Part shown: positions 8,377 through 18,363 of the stretch, piece after piece
How the letters are laid out: every line of letters starts with the position of its first letter
Numbering within the stretch: position 1 is the stretch's first letter
From: an uncultured Planctomycetia bacterium
GTDB lineage: Bacteria; Omnitrophota; Gorgyraeia; Duberdicusellales; 4484-171
Length of the DNA: 32,000 bases
NCBI GenBank assembly: GCA_964536865.1
Contig: CAZHYN010000010.1
Location: 22,358-54,357, forward strand
Direction: 5' to 3'
The notes under the pieces: model-generated
What the model was told of the DNA's origin: nothing
The model's database searches: none
Seen by the model: only the letters and a program-made list of their open reading frames with translations
Translations under genes and position numbers: made by a program

Positions 8377-10893
8377 ATGGATAAAATTTTGTATCTTGTA
8401 GATGGTACTTCTATATGCTATCGCTCTTTTTTTGCTATAAGACTTTCTACATCTAAAGGAGTTCCTACAGGAGCAATTTATGGATTTGTTAATACCTTAA
8501 AAAAAATTATTAAAAAATATCAACCTCACTATTTGGCTGTTTGCTTTGATGTTTCTCGCAAGACTTTTCGTCAAGAGATGTTTAGAGATTATAAAATCCA
8601 AAGACCGCCTCCTCCCAGCCCTCTTAAGAAGCAGATTCCTGTGATTAAGGAGTTAACTAAAGCTTTAGGTGTAGAAATTATGGAGAAGGAAGGTTGGGAG
8701 GCAGATGATCTTATAGCTTCTCTGGCAAGGAAAGCGAAAAAGGGAAATTTTAAAGTAGTAGTTATAAGTTCAGATAAAGATGTTTTTCAACTTATTGAAG
8801 ATAAGAAAATATGTGTTTACGACCCTGTGAAAGATATTTTCTATGATGAGGAGGTTTTCTTGAGAGAATTTGGTTTCCATCCTTCCCAGATGGTGGATTA
8901 TCTCTCTCTGGTAGGAGATCCTACTGATAATGTTCCTGGAGCTAAAGGTATAGGAAAAGTAGGTGCTACCAAGTTAATAAGGAAGTTTAAGTCTATAGAG
9001 AACCTTTTTGATAACTTAGATAAAGTTTCCCCTTCAGTAAGGGAGATTTTAGTTTCCAATAAAGAAAATATTTTTCTCAGTAAGGATTTAGTAAAATTAG
9101 CTTACATTGACTTAGATTTTTCTTGGGATGACTTAGTAGTAAAGGAACCCGATTATTCCCAAGTTTATAAGTTCTTTAGAGAGTTAGAATTTAAATCTCT
9201 TCTCAAAGAGATACCGCCCCCTTCTTTGAACATTAAAGTAGAGGTAACCAAAGAGTTTCCTTCTCAACTTATAGAGAAAATTAAAAGCGAGCAAGAGTTA
9301 ATCTTCTATCCCTTTCAAGATAAGATATATATTACCTTCAAAAATAATTCTTTCGTTTATGAGTCTTCTATAGAGAAGGTAAGAGAGCTCCTTCAGGATT
9401 CTAATGTAAGAAAAGTATCTTATGATTTTAAGAATATTCTTCATGGATTAGAGAGAAAGGTTAGGTTAGAAGGTATTTGGTTTGATACTAAAATTGCTGC
9501 CTATACTCTAAATCCTACTCTGGGAGATTTTTCTCTTAAGAATCTGATAGCTCATTTCTTAAATGAGTTTACTCAAGATTTCTCCCCTTTCGTAGCCTGT
9601 TACTTCATACGCAAATTATACAAAACTCTCTATAATCAAATAAAAGTTCAATCCTTAGATAGATTATTCTTTGATGTAGAGATGCCTTTAATAGAAGTTC
9701 TCTGGGATATGGAAGCTTGGGGGATTAAGGTAGATGAAAAATTTCTTAGGGATTTTTCTAGAGAGGTAAAGGATAAAATAACTAATTTAAAAGAAGATAT
9801 TTATAAAGCTGCTGGGGAAAAGTTTAATATTAATTCTCCTCAACAGTTAAGTAGAATTCTTTTTCAGAAGCTAAAGCTTCCTTCTTCAAAGCGGACTAAA
9901 ACAGGTTTTTCTACTAATGAAGAAGTTCTAACAAAGCTTGCTCAAGAATATCCTATAGCAAAACTTCTCTTAGAGTATCGACAACTGAATAAGTTAAGTT
10001 CCACTTACTTGGAACCTTTTTTGAAGGAAGTAGAGTTAAAAAGTGGTAGAGTATTTGCTAAGTTTCATCAGACCACAACAGCTACAGGAAGATTAAGTTC
10101 GTCTTCTCCTAATATCCAGAATCTTCCCATAAAAAGTGAAATTTCTAAAGGCTTTAGAAGAGCAATCATTTCTTCTTTTGATGAAGGGTTAGTCCTTTGT
10201 TGCGATTACTCTCAGATCGAACTAAGAATCTTAGCTCATTTTTCTGAGGATGAAAAATTAATAAGAGCCTTTAAAGAAAATTTAGATATTCACAAACATA
10301 CCGCTTCCCTTCTTTTCGGGATTCCTCCTCACCAGGTGAGTTGGCACCAGAGAGAATTGGCTAAGAGAGTAAACTTTGGAATAATCTATGGGATGAGTTC
10401 CTTTGGATTAGCTCAGGAATTGAATATCTCAGTAGAGCAAGCTTTTTCTTTTATAGAAAGTTATTTCCTCCGTTATCCTAAAGTTAAAGAGTATATAGAG
10501 AGAGTTTATCGAGAAGCAAAAAAGAAGGGGTTTGTAGAGACAATATTAGGGAGGAGGCGTCCTTTACCTCTAGATTCTTCACATCAGGAAGTAAAGGAAT
10601 TTGCTAGAAGGGTAGCTATAAACGCTCCTATCCAGGGATCTGCTGCTGATATTATTAAGATGGCAATGATAGAAATTTATAGAGAATTTAAGAAAGAGAA
10701 GCTAAGCTCTAAGATGATAATTCAGATTCACGATGAGCTTGTATTTGATGTTGAGAAGAGTGAGCTTCAGAAAGTTGTAGAGATTTCTAAAGAAAAAATG
10801 GAAAAAATTGTAGAGTTAAAAGTGCCTCTTAAAGTAAATGTAAAAGTAGGAAGAAACTGGTTAGATACTCGGCAGGTAGATGAAGTTTTCTAA
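8377..10893 (+). CDS. polA: DNA polymerase I
   Basis: 5' nuclease domain (GWEADDLIASL, GIGKVGATKL) and polymerase motifs A (DYSQIELRILAH), B (RRVAINAPIQGSAADI) and C (QIHDELVF). At 838 aa it is Taq-like in length, and the central domain lacks an obvious DxE ExoI motif. Confidence 0.95.
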   Translation: MDKILYLVDGTSICYRSFFAIRLSTSKGVPTGAIYGFVNTLKKIIKKYQPHYLAVCFDVSRKTFRQEMFRDYKIQRPPPPSPLKKQIPVIKELTKALGVEIMEKEGWEADDLIASLARKAKKGNFKVVVISSDKDVFQLIEDKKICVYDPVKDIFYDEEVFLREFGFHPSQMVDYLSLVGDPTDNVPGAKGIGKVGATKLIRKFKSIENLFDNLDKVSPSVREILVSNKENIFLSKDLVKLAYIDLDFSWDDLVVKEPDYSQVYKFFRELEFKSLLKEIPPPSLNIKVEVTKEFPSQLIEKIKSEQELIFYPFQDKIYITFKNNSFVYESSIEKVRELLQDSNVRKVSYDFKNILHGLERKVRLEGIWFDTKIAAYTLNPTLGDFSLKNLIAHFLNEFTQDFSPFVACYFIRKLYKTLYNQIKVQSLDRLFFDVEMPLIEVLWDMEAWGIKVDEKFLRDFSREVKDKITNLKEDIYKAAGEKFNINSPQQLSRILFQKLKLPSSKRTKTGFSTNEEVLTKLAQEYPIAKLLLEYRQLNKLSSTYLEPFLKEVELKSGRVFAKFHQTTTATGRLSSSSPNIQNLPIKSEISKGFRRAIISSFDEGLVLCCDYSQIELRILAHFSEDEKLIRAFKENLDIHKHTASLLFGIPPHQVSWHQRELAKRVNFGIIYGMSSFGLAQELNISVEQAFSFIESYFLRYPKVKEYIERVYREAKKKGFVETILGRRRPLPLDSSHQEVKEFARRVAINAPIQGSAADIIKMAMIEIYREFKKEKLSSKMIIQIHDELVFDVEKSELQKVVEISKEKMEKIVELKVPLKVNVKVGRNWLDTRQVDEVF

Positions 10894-10901
10894 AAGGAGG
10901 G

Positions 10902-12287
10902 ATGATGAAGGTAGCTTTTTTCTCTTCCGAGGTTTTTCCCTTTGCTAAAACAGGTGGGCTGGCAGACGTAAGCGGAGCTTTGCCTCTATCTTTAGCTGAG
11001 CAGGGATGCGAAGTCAAAGTTTTTATGCCTTTATATAAGAATATTAAACCAGAAGAACTCCACGATGATTACGCCACTTCTCGATTAGGTAGGAATATAG
11101 AAATAATTTTTATAAAGCATGATAATTACTTCCTCCGTGATTACCTTTATACTACCCCTGATGGTGACTATCCTGATAATTTAGAGAGATTCTCTTTTTT
11201 CTGTAAAAAATGTTTTGATATCCTTAAAAAGATAGACTTCTCTCCTCATATTTTTCATGCCAATGACTGGCAGACTGCTTTAGTAAATATTTACTTGAAA
11301 ATTCTTTATAAAAATGATAAATTTTTTAACGGGAGTAAGTCTATTCTTACCATCCATAATCTTGCTTATCAAGGTATATTTGATAAGGAAAAATTCTCTT
11401 ATCTGGGAATAAATTGGGATTACTTCTCTCTAAACTACCTGGAATTCTACGGGAAGATTAATCTTCTTAAAGGTGGTATTGTTTTTTCAGACATGGTAAA
11501 TACCGTGAGTCCTACTTATGCCAAACAGATTCAGACACCTGATTACGGGTGTGGATTAGATGGAGTTTTAAGAGAGAAGAGAGAGAGATTAGTGGGAATT
11601 CTTAATGGTATAGATTATAAAATATGGAACCCTTCTAGAGATGAATTTATTTATAAGAAATACTCCTGGCGTAGTCTAGAAGGGAAATGGGAAAATAAGA
11701 GAAAATTCCAGAGAGAATTAGGATTAAGTGTGGGCAAAACCAAGTTTCTCTTAGGTATGGTTTCTCGTTTGGCAGAACAGAAGGGAATAGATATTCTTTC
11801 TCAAGCTCTGGATAAGATTTTAGAGAAGCACCAAATAGTAATCTTAGGGCTGGGAGATAAGAAATACCATAATATCCTTACTGCTAAGGCAGATAAGTAT
11901 AAGAATTTCTCCCTCCACCTTAAATTTGATGAGGTTTTAGCACACCGTATCTATGCTTGTTGCGATGCTTTCATTATGCCATCACGATTTGAACCATGTG
12001 GGCTTTCTCAGTTGGTAAGTTATAAGTATGCCACTGTTCCTATAGTCCATCATACGGGAGGTCTTGTAGATACAGTGGTTGATTACCAGGACGGAGGAGG
12101 AGGGTTTCTGTTTCTCCATTATAGTGCCAGAGAGCTGATCGAAGCTATCCAGAGAGCTTACCGTGTTTTTTCTAAAAAGGAGGAATGGCTTCAGCTTATT
12201 AAAAAAATTGCTCGATTTGATTACTCTTGGGATAGAGCAGCTAAAGATTATTTAAAAGTATACCAGAGATGCCTACAGTTGCCCTAA
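10902..12287 (+). CDS. glgA: glycogen synthase (ADP-glucose type)
   Basis: N-terminal FSSEVFPFAKTGGLADV motif, a GT5 fold and a C-terminal PSRFEPCGLSQL motif. Confidence 0.92.
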   Translation: MMKVAFFSSEVFPFAKTGGLADVSGALPLSLAEQGCEVKVFMPLYKNIKPEELHDDYATSRLGRNIEIIFIKHDNYFLRDYLYTTPDGDYPDNLERFSFFCKKCFDILKKIDFSPHIFHANDWQTALVNIYLKILYKNDKFFNGSKSILTIHNLAYQGIFDKEKFSYLGINWDYFSLNYLEFYGKINLLKGGIVFSDMVNTVSPTYAKQIQTPDYGCGLDGVLREKRERLVGILNGIDYKIWNPSRDEFIYKKYSWRSLEGKWENKRKFQRELGLSVGKTKFLLGMVSRLAEQKGIDILSQALDKILEKHQIVILGLGDKKYHNILTAKADKYKNFSLHLKFDEVLAHRIYACCDAFIMPSRFEPCGLSQLVSYKYATVPIVHHTGGLVDTVVDYQDGGGGFLFLHYSARELIEAIQRAYRVFSKKEEWLQLIKKIARFDYSWDRAAKDYLKVYQRCLQLP

Positions 12288-12877
12288 CCGGACCACTTGG
12301 AGGAGGCAAAACTACTGTATTAAATCTTTTAAAGAAAAAAGGTGCTTCTGTTTATGATGTGGATAAGGTCATTCACTCCTACTATAGGGATAAGAAATCT
12401 TCTGTGTATAGGGAGATTAAAAGGATGTTTCCTCAAGTCATAACTTCTATGGGTAATATTTCACGCAAAAGATTAAGAGAAGTTGTCTTTAACAATAAAA
12501 GAGAACTGAAAAAACTGGAGGGAATAGTTCATCCTGTGATCATAGAAGATTTAAAGAGGTGGGTAAGAGATAGTAAAAACAAAAGGAAGATATATATAGC
12601 AGAAGTTCCTCTACTTTTTGAGAAACGGCTCCATACTCTTTTTAATAAAGTCGTCTTTGTATACGCTCCTAAACGAACTATCTTAAGAAGAGTGAAAGAG
12701 AAGTTTGGTCTTTCTACACGTCAGGCACTTTTGTTTCTTTCTCTTAACCAGAAAGCCAAAGAGAAAATAAAGAGGAGTGATTTTGTAATTAGGAACGCAG
12801 GCTCTTTAGAGGATCTTAAAGCAAAAGTAGATTATTTATGGGAGAATTTACTCTCCCCTGAAAAGAGAGGTGGTTGA
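12269..12877 (+). CDS. coaE: dephospho-CoA kinase
   Basis: P-loop [11 protein letters not shown], about 200 aa, with a CoaE-like layout (VHPVI.., EVPLLFE). Confidence 0.88.
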   Translation: MPTVALTGPLGGGKTTVLNLLKKKGASVYDVDKVIHSYYRDKKSSVYREIKRMFPQVITSMGNISRKRLREVVFNNKRELKKLEGIVHPVIIEDLKRWVRDSKNKRKIYIAEVPLLFEKRLHTLFNKVVFVYAPKRTILRRVKEKFGLSTRQALLFLSLNQKAKEKIKRSDFVIRNAGSLEDLKAKVDYLWENLLSPEKRGG

Positions 12878-14193
12878 TGCCTTCAAACAGAAAAGAAAAT
12901 AAATCGATATCAAAAAAGGGAGGGGTTATGGGTAGCAGTATGGATATAGGTACGTTAAAAGAGATGAAGATATCTGATCTTAATAAGATAGCTAAGGAGT
13001 TAGAGATCAATGGAATAAGTGGTTTAAAAAAGCAAGACCTTATTTTTAAAATTCTTCAAGCAAAGGCAGAAAAAGAAGGACTGATGTTTGGAGGAGGGGT
13101 TTTGGAAGTTCTTCCTGAAGGATTCGGATTTTTACGTTCACCCAACTATAATTATCTACCTTCTCCCGATGATATTTATGTTTCCCCCTCTCAAATAAGA
13201 AAATTTTCTTTAAGAACGGGAGATACAGTGAGTGGCCAGATAAGACCACCCAAGGAGAATGAGAAGTATTTTGCTCTTCTTAAGGTAGAAGCAGTAAACT
13301 TTGAAGATCCGGAGCAGGCACGTAACCGTGTCCTTTTTGATAATTTAACTCCTATTTATCCCAAAGAAAGGTTTATTTTAGAGACCCATCCTGAAGAACT
13401 ATCCACGAGAATTCTTGATCTTCTCTGCCCCATTGGCAAGGGCCAGCGTGGTTTAATTGTTGCTGCTCCCTACAGTGGTAAGACTGTGCTTTTACAGAAG
13501 ATAGCTAACGCTATAATGACTAATTATCATGAGGTAATTCTTATTGTTCTTCTCATCGATGAAAGACCGGAAGAGGTAACCGAGATGAAGGCTCAAGTTG
13601 TTGGAGAGATAATAAGTTCTACTTTCGATGAACCTGCTCAACGTCATGTACAGGTAGCAGAGATGGTTTTAGAAAAGGCTAAGAGGCTAGTGGAGCACAA
13701 AAAAGATGTAGTAATCCTTCTGGATAGTATTACTCGATTAGCAAGAGCTTACAACCTGGTAGAACCTCACTCTGGGAGGATTCTCTCTGGAGGTATAGAT
13801 TCTAATGCTCTTCATAAACCTAAAAGGTTCTTTGGGACTGCTAGAGCTTTAGAGGAGGGAGGTTCTTTAACTATTATTGCTACTGCTTTAGTAGATACCG
13901 GTTCCAGGATGGATGATGTGATTTTTGAAGAGTTTAAAGGGACAGGAAATATGGAGATAACTTTGGATAGAAATATATTTCAGAGAAGAATATACCCTTC
14001 CATAGATATAAAAAGGTCCAATACACGAAGAGAGGAACTTCTCCTCCATCCCGACGAACTTCAAAGAATATGGATTTTGAGAAAAGCATTGAACGATTTA
14101 AATTCTGTAGAAGCCCTGGAGCTATTGATTGAAAAGCTTTCCAAGACTAAGAATAACGTAGAATTTTTACTCACCCTCAATAAACAAATGTGA
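12877..14193 (+). CDS. rho: transcription termination factor Rho
   Basis: N-terminal Rho_N ([24 protein letters not shown]), an RNA-binding OB fold (GFGFLRS), Walker A APYSGKT and the C-terminal ATPase. Start is ambiguous. ATG 12877 overlaps the coaE stop. ATG 12928 follows GGGAGGGG and gives an N-terminus collinear with E. coli Rho. Confidence 0.93.
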   Translation: MPSNRKENKSISKKGGVMGSSMDIGTLKEMKISDLNKIAKELEINGISGLKKQDLIFKILQAKAEKEGLMFGGGVLEVLPEGFGFLRSPNYNYLPSPDDIYVSPSQIRKFSLRTGDTVSGQIRPPKENEKYFALLKVEAVNFEDPEQARNRVLFDNLTPIYPKERFILETHPEELSTRILDLLCPIGKGQRGLIVAAPYSGKTVLLQKIANAIMTNYHEVILIVLLIDERPEEVTEMKAQVVGEIISSTFDEPAQRHVQVAEMVLEKAKRLVEHKKDVVILLDSITRLARAYNLVEPHSGRILSGGIDSNALHKPKRFFGTARALEEGGSLTIIATALVDTGSRMDDVIFEEFKGTGNMEITLDRNIFQRRIYPSIDIKRSNTRREELLLHPDELQRIWILRKALNDLNSVEALELLIEKLSKTKNNVEFLLTLNKQM

Positions 14194-14268
14194 TACAATA
14201 TTACCTTAAAATTTTATAGCCTTTTGAGGAAGGTTATGGGTACTTACGGATCAGAAGGGAGGTAGATT

Positions 14269-14472
14269 ATGAAAAAAGGTATCCATCCTAAATATGATTA
14301 TGCTATAATTTCCTGTGCTTGCGGTAATGTGATTCATACCCGTTCCACAAAAAAAACTATCAATGTAGAGATTTGCTCTAAATGTCACCCTTTCTTTACA
14401 GGGAAACAGAAATTTGTTGATTCTGAAGGAAGGGTGGAGAAATTTTTAAGAAAGTATAAGAAAGAGAAGTAA
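14269..14472 (+). CDS. rpmE: 50S ribosomal protein L31, Zn-binding (C+) form, copy 1
   Basis: MKKGIHPKY.., SCACGN and [12 protein letters not shown] motifs. SD GGGAGG upstream. Identical in sequence to 18728-18931. Confidence 0.95.
   Translation: MKKGIHPKYDYAIISCACGNVIHTRSTKKTINVEICSKCHPFFTGKQKFVDSEGRVEKFLRKYKKEK
14269..14472 (+). repeat. left copy of a 204-bp perfect direct repeat (whole rpmE CDS)
   Basis: Base-by-base comparison with 18728-18931 shows 204/204 identity from the ATG to the TAA. The one following base (A) also matches. Flanks on both sides differ. Confidence 0.95.
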
Positions 14473-14552
14473 AATAAAAATGATGTTATCGCAATATAAT
14501 AATGTTATCTTTTTGTAAAATAGATTTGTCGGGGTAGATTAGATAAAATATC

Positions 14553-14578
14553 ACCTCTTTCTTAAAGAAGGAAGAGGT
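14553..14578 (+). other. stem-loop in the ORF-free leader upstream of the ALDH gene
   Basis: ACCTCTTTCTT / AAAG loop / AAGGAAGAGGT: an 11-bp stem with one G.U pair. No U-tract follows. Its 3' arm contains the GAGG that would serve as SD for a 21-codon sORF at 14584-14649. Confidence 0.35.
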
Positions 14579-14766
14579 AGTAAATGGAAGAATCGATTAT
14601 CTCGATAATAAAAGAAGAAAGATATGGGGTGATAAGAGAGATTAACTAAAATCTGAAATGAAATTTCAAACACATTTTAAAGTACACATTCTTAGTAAAA
14701 GGAGATTAAAGAAAGAAGAGTTATCAATTTGACAGGGAAAGGAAGAATCAGTGTAAGAGGAAAAAA

Positions 14767-16317
14767 ATGGAGAAGTTCACTTTATTAGTAGGAGGTAAAG
14801 ATTTAGATACAGGTATATACCACTATTTTCCATTTACAGAGAAGCTCGTCGCCGAGCCTCAGAAGACAGTAAGAATGCTTAAAAAAGTAAAACAAGGTCA
14901 AGTTTCGAGAGAAATACAAAAGTATGTTTATGCTCAATACTGTATTAACACAGAGGATACAAATAGAGCTGCTATAGAGTCAGCCTATAAAGCGCAAAAG
15001 ATCTTTTTTAAATTTTCTCTTTCTAAAAGGCGACAGATTCTTTTAGATATATATAAACTCCTTATTGAAAATAGAAAAAAGTTTATCGAGCTGTTAATTA
15101 TCGAAGGTCACCCCCGAAGATTGGCTGAATGGGAATTTGAAGGCATGCAAATTGGGAGCAGTCCTACTACTATAAATTTTTATTGTCAATTAATCCAGAA
15201 AGAGATAGGAAGGTGTGGAAGAGAAATTTTATATTGGGTTAGGAGACCAGATGGTGTGGTATGCGTAAGTTCCCCTGGCAATGCTTCTGCGAGTAGTTCT
15301 TATAATGCGATCTTAGCCTTTCTTACAGGCAATACTTTAATAATTAAACCTCCCTTAAGGGCTCCTCTTTCTACTCTCTTTTTATGGAAGGAAATTGTTA
15401 ACAAAGCGTTGGTTATTAATAATGCTCCACCAGGAGTCTTAAATATAGTGATAGGTAATTCTCAAAAAATCATGGAAGAATGGCTCGCAAGTCCTTATGT
15501 AAACGATATAGTCTATTTTGGAGAAAGTAGAAAAGGACTTGAAATTGGAACTAGAATCTTTCAGGCAGAGAAGAAGCCTGTTTTAGAGCTTTCTGGAAAT
15601 GATTTTTTTCTTGTATGGAAAGATGCCGAGAAGGAAAAATCTTCGATCTCTCTAACTGATGCTTTCTTAGGTTCCACTCAAATCTGTATGGTTCCAAAGA
15701 TTGCACTAATTCATGAGGAAGTGTACGATGATTTTGTAAAGATTTTTATAGAAAAAGTAAAAAAGTTAAAAATAGGTCCCCCTACAGACCCTGACACTAT
15801 TTTTAGCCCTGTTACAAAGATTCAAGATTTTTTTGAATTTCTAAACGATGCTTTAGCCAAAGGAGGAGAGATTCTTTATGGAGGGGAAAGGGTAGATTAT
15901 TTTGGGAGGCCTGATTCCACTGGAATGTATATACAACCCACATTGTTAAAAATAGAAGATTGTTATCTTAATAGAGGTTTAAGATGTATTGAAGAAGAGA
16001 TTTTTTTTCCTCTTCTTCCTTTAATCAGAGTATCAGGTGGAGATGAGGCTATTTTCGAAAAAATGGTAGAACTAGTAAATTCTCATGGATACGGATTAAG
16101 AGTTTCTTTATGGATTTCTTCTTTTAAGTTTCTACGCAAATTTGCAAAAGAATTATCTAATTGTGGAATGTTGAGGATTAATTCTAGACATGTAGGATTT
16201 TCTTATTATTTATCTACCCATGGGGGAACTAGAAAGACCGGGGGACCCTTTGGCGAAATGAATTATTTTTGGCAGAAGACATCTCATTTGCAAGGAGTAA
16301 GTAGGATGAGATTATAA
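14767..16317 (+). CDS. aldehyde dehydrogenase superfamily protein (divergent)
   Basis: About 516 aa with an ALDH layout. Catalytic Glu context VLELSGND, catalytic Cys context GSTQICMVP, and cofactor-loop FGESRKGLEIG. The usual PWNFP-type segment reads SSPGNASA. Confidence 0.75.
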   Translation: MEKFTLLVGGKDLDTGIYHYFPFTEKLVAEPQKTVRMLKKVKQGQVSREIQKYVYAQYCINTEDTNRAAIESAYKAQKIFFKFSLSKRRQILLDIYKLLIENRKKFIELLIIEGHPRRLAEWEFEGMQIGSSPTTINFYCQLIQKEIGRCGREILYWVRRPDGVVCVSSPGNASASSSYNAILAFLTGNTLIIKPPLRAPLSTLFLWKEIVNKALVINNAPPGVLNIVIGNSQKIMEEWLASPYVNDIVYFGESRKGLEIGTRIFQAEKKPVLELSGNDFFLVWKDAEKEKSSISLTDAFLGSTQICMVPKIALIHEEVYDDFVKIFIEKVKKLKIGPPTDPDTIFSPVTKIQDFFEFLNDALAKGGEILYGGERVDYFGRPDSTGMYIQPTLLKIEDCYLNRGLRCIEEEIFFPLLPLIRVSGGDEAIFEKMVELVNSHGYGLRVSLWISSFKFLRKFAKELSNCGMLRINSRHVGFSYYLSTHGGTRKTGGPFGEMNYFWQKTSHLQGVSRMRL

Positions 16318-16332
16318 AAGAAGGAGGTTTAG

Positions 16333-18363
16333 ATTTACTTTCAATTTCTTCCTCCTCTGTTAAGTAGTTTTATAATTATTTCTACAGGGATTTTCGTCCT
16401 TTTAAGAAATTTCCGAGCAAAACTAAATCGTCTTTTCTTTCTAGAATGCCTTACTCTTTTTGTGTGGCTGATTGGTTTTAGTGCAATGTACGCACTTCGT
16501 GATAAAAAGTTTGCTTTGATAGCTGCAAGAATTGGATTCATGGGAGTAATTTTCATTCCCATTTTTATTTATCATTTCTATATAATATTTTTAAAGCTAA
16601 CTCGGAAGATTGCACTTCCTTTAATTTACATTATTGGATTCCTCTTTTTACTCTTAACCCCTACCCCTTATATCTACCAGAAAATAGATACCTACTTTTG
16701 GGGTAATTATCCTCGTGGTGGATTAATTTACCCTTTATATGTTCTTTTCTTTATAGGAGTATTTATAAGGTGCCTCTTTTTACTTTTTAATGCTTTTAGA
16801 AAGGAAAGGTTTCCTACTATTTTTCGTGAGCAGATAAAGTATCTTTTTTTAGCTTTTTTGGTGGCCACATTTGGGATAGTAGATTACGTAGCTAAGTTTG
16901 GAATAGCTTTGTATCCTTTTGGTTATCTTGCTGCGTTAGGTTGGATATTTATAATAGCCTATACCATTGTCAAGCATCATCTCCTTGAAATCCATATTGC
17001 TTTTACTCGTGTAGCTATCTTTACACTTGTCTACTTTTTCATTGTCTTTATTCCTTTTTTCATTGCTCCTAGATTTATTTCTATTTCTTTATGGTGGTTT
17101 CCTATTCTACTAATGGGGATTTTAGCAACTCTGGCTCCCTTTATTTATAATTATCTTCGTAAACAAGCTGAGAATATCCTGCTAGCTGAGCAAAAAAGAT
17201 ATCAGAGAGCATTAAGAGAGTTTGCTCAGACTCTAATCTTTATTAAGGATACAGAGAGTTTAGCTAAAGAGGTTACCTCAAAGATAATTGCCTATCTTAA
17301 TTTAGATTTTTGTGCGTTCTATTTAAAACAGGATAAGGACTTTTATCTAATTCATTTTAGTTCAAAAAGGATGAACAAATTTCCTTTTCAGATTAAGAAT
17401 AATTGTAAATTAGTGCATCTTCTTAATAGATCAACCTCTCCTATTCTGGGAGAAAGCTTACCTTCCTTAGATGACATAAATGTTGGCTTAGCCTTTCCTC
17501 TATTTCTGAATAAGGAGTTGTTTGGTTTTATTGTGATGAGTCAGAAAACGAAAGGTACTTTTACGGATACGGATATAGATGTATTCACTACTATTTCTAC
17601 TCAAGTATCTTTAGCTTTATCTCAGATATATTATTTTGAAGAATATCAAAAATTGATGGATGAAAGATATAGATTGATAGTTGAGAGAGAAAGAATGGAA
17701 AGCGCCTTTCAGATTTCAGAAGCATATAGACATGAATTGGGAAATATTATAAATATTATTTCCTTAAGCCTAGCTAACTTGGAGTATCAAGAAAATTTTT
17801 ATCCTCAAAAAGAAGATATAGAAAAAGTTGCTCACTCTATTAAAAAGAATGTAGAAAGAGCAAGGACTATATTCGATGCTATAGCTAGGTATAATAAAAA
17901 TGCGCGGTCTAAATTTAAATTGATGGATTTAAGTAAAGTTGTAAAAGATAGGGTAAATCAATTTAGTAAAAATATCTCTAAGAGTAACATAACTATAAAA
18001 AGTGAGATCGAAGAAGAGTTAAGAGTTTGGGCTAACGATAATTTACCAGACGCTATAGGATATTTAATAGAAGGTTCAATAAAGGCAATAGAATACCATA
18101 CGCCCCAAAATAAATCTCTCTATATAAGCTTAAAGAGAGCAGATAATAAAGCTATTCTTAGAATATCAGATACAGGAGGAGATATAACTGAAAATAACCT
18201 CTATAGGGATATGGGGATTGAAAGGGGGAAAGAAGGAGGTATACTTTACTTTATTGCAAGGAGGATTATTTTTGATCACAAAGGTAGTTTTAATTTTCAA
18301 TCCTTTAACCAAGGAGAAGGTACAACTTTTAAGATAGAATTACCTATAAATGAAAGTACATAG
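16333..18363 (+). CDS. sensor histidine kinase with N-terminal multi-TM sensor, GAF-like domain and HisKA/HATPase core
   Basis: At least 6-7 hydrophobic helices, a GAF-like middle, H-box YRHELGNIIN, N-box region, G1 ISDTGGDI and G2 GEGTTFKIELP. The track ORF starts at GTG 16462, but the frame is open from 16333 and encodes a further TM helix (FLPPLLSSFIIISTGIFVLLRNF). ATT 16333 lies 5 nt after AAGGAGG. See findings. Confidence 0.85.
   Translation: MYFQFLPPLLSSFIIISTGIFVLLRNFRAKLNRLFFLECLTLFVWLIGFSAMYALRDKKFALIAARIGFMGVIFIPIFIYHFYIIFLKLTRKIALPLIYIIGFLFLLLTPTPYIYQKIDTYFWGNYPRGGLIYPLYVLFFIGVFIRCLFLLFNAFRKERFPTIFREQIKYLFLAFLVATFGIVDYVAKFGIALYPFGYLAALGWIFIIAYTIVKHHLLEIHIAFTRVAIFTLVYFFIVFIPFFIAPRFISISLWWFPILLMGILATLAPFIYNYLRKQAENILLAEQKRYQRALREFAQTLIFIKDTESLAKEVTSKIIAYLNLDFCAFYLKQDKDFYLIHFSSKRMNKFPFQIKNNCKLVHLLNRSTSPILGESLPSLDDINVGLAFPLFLNKELFGFIVMSQKTKGTFTDTDIDVFTTISTQVSLALSQIYYFEEYQKLMDERYRLIVERERMESAFQISEAYRHELGNIINIISLSLANLEYQENFYPQKEDIEKVAHSIKKNVERARTIFDAIARYNKNARSKFKLMDLSKVVKDRVNQFSKNISKSNITIKSEIEEELRVWANDNLPDAIGYLIEGSIKAIEYHTPQNKSLYISLKRADNKAILRISDTGGDITENNLYRDMGIERGKEGGILYFIARRIIFDHKGSFNFQSFNQGEGTTFKIELPINEST

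Noticed and set aside
14473-14766. tRNA, riboswitch (for example c-di-GMP GEMM) or CRISPR repeat content in the large spacers (also 28797-29160, 29408-29528, 30729-30976)
   Set aside because: There is no T-loop-like GGTTCGAAT-type sequence, no GC-rich conserved riboswitch core and no regularly spaced repeats. The spacers are too AT-rich and irregular. A covariance-model scan would be needed to exclude small RNAs completely.
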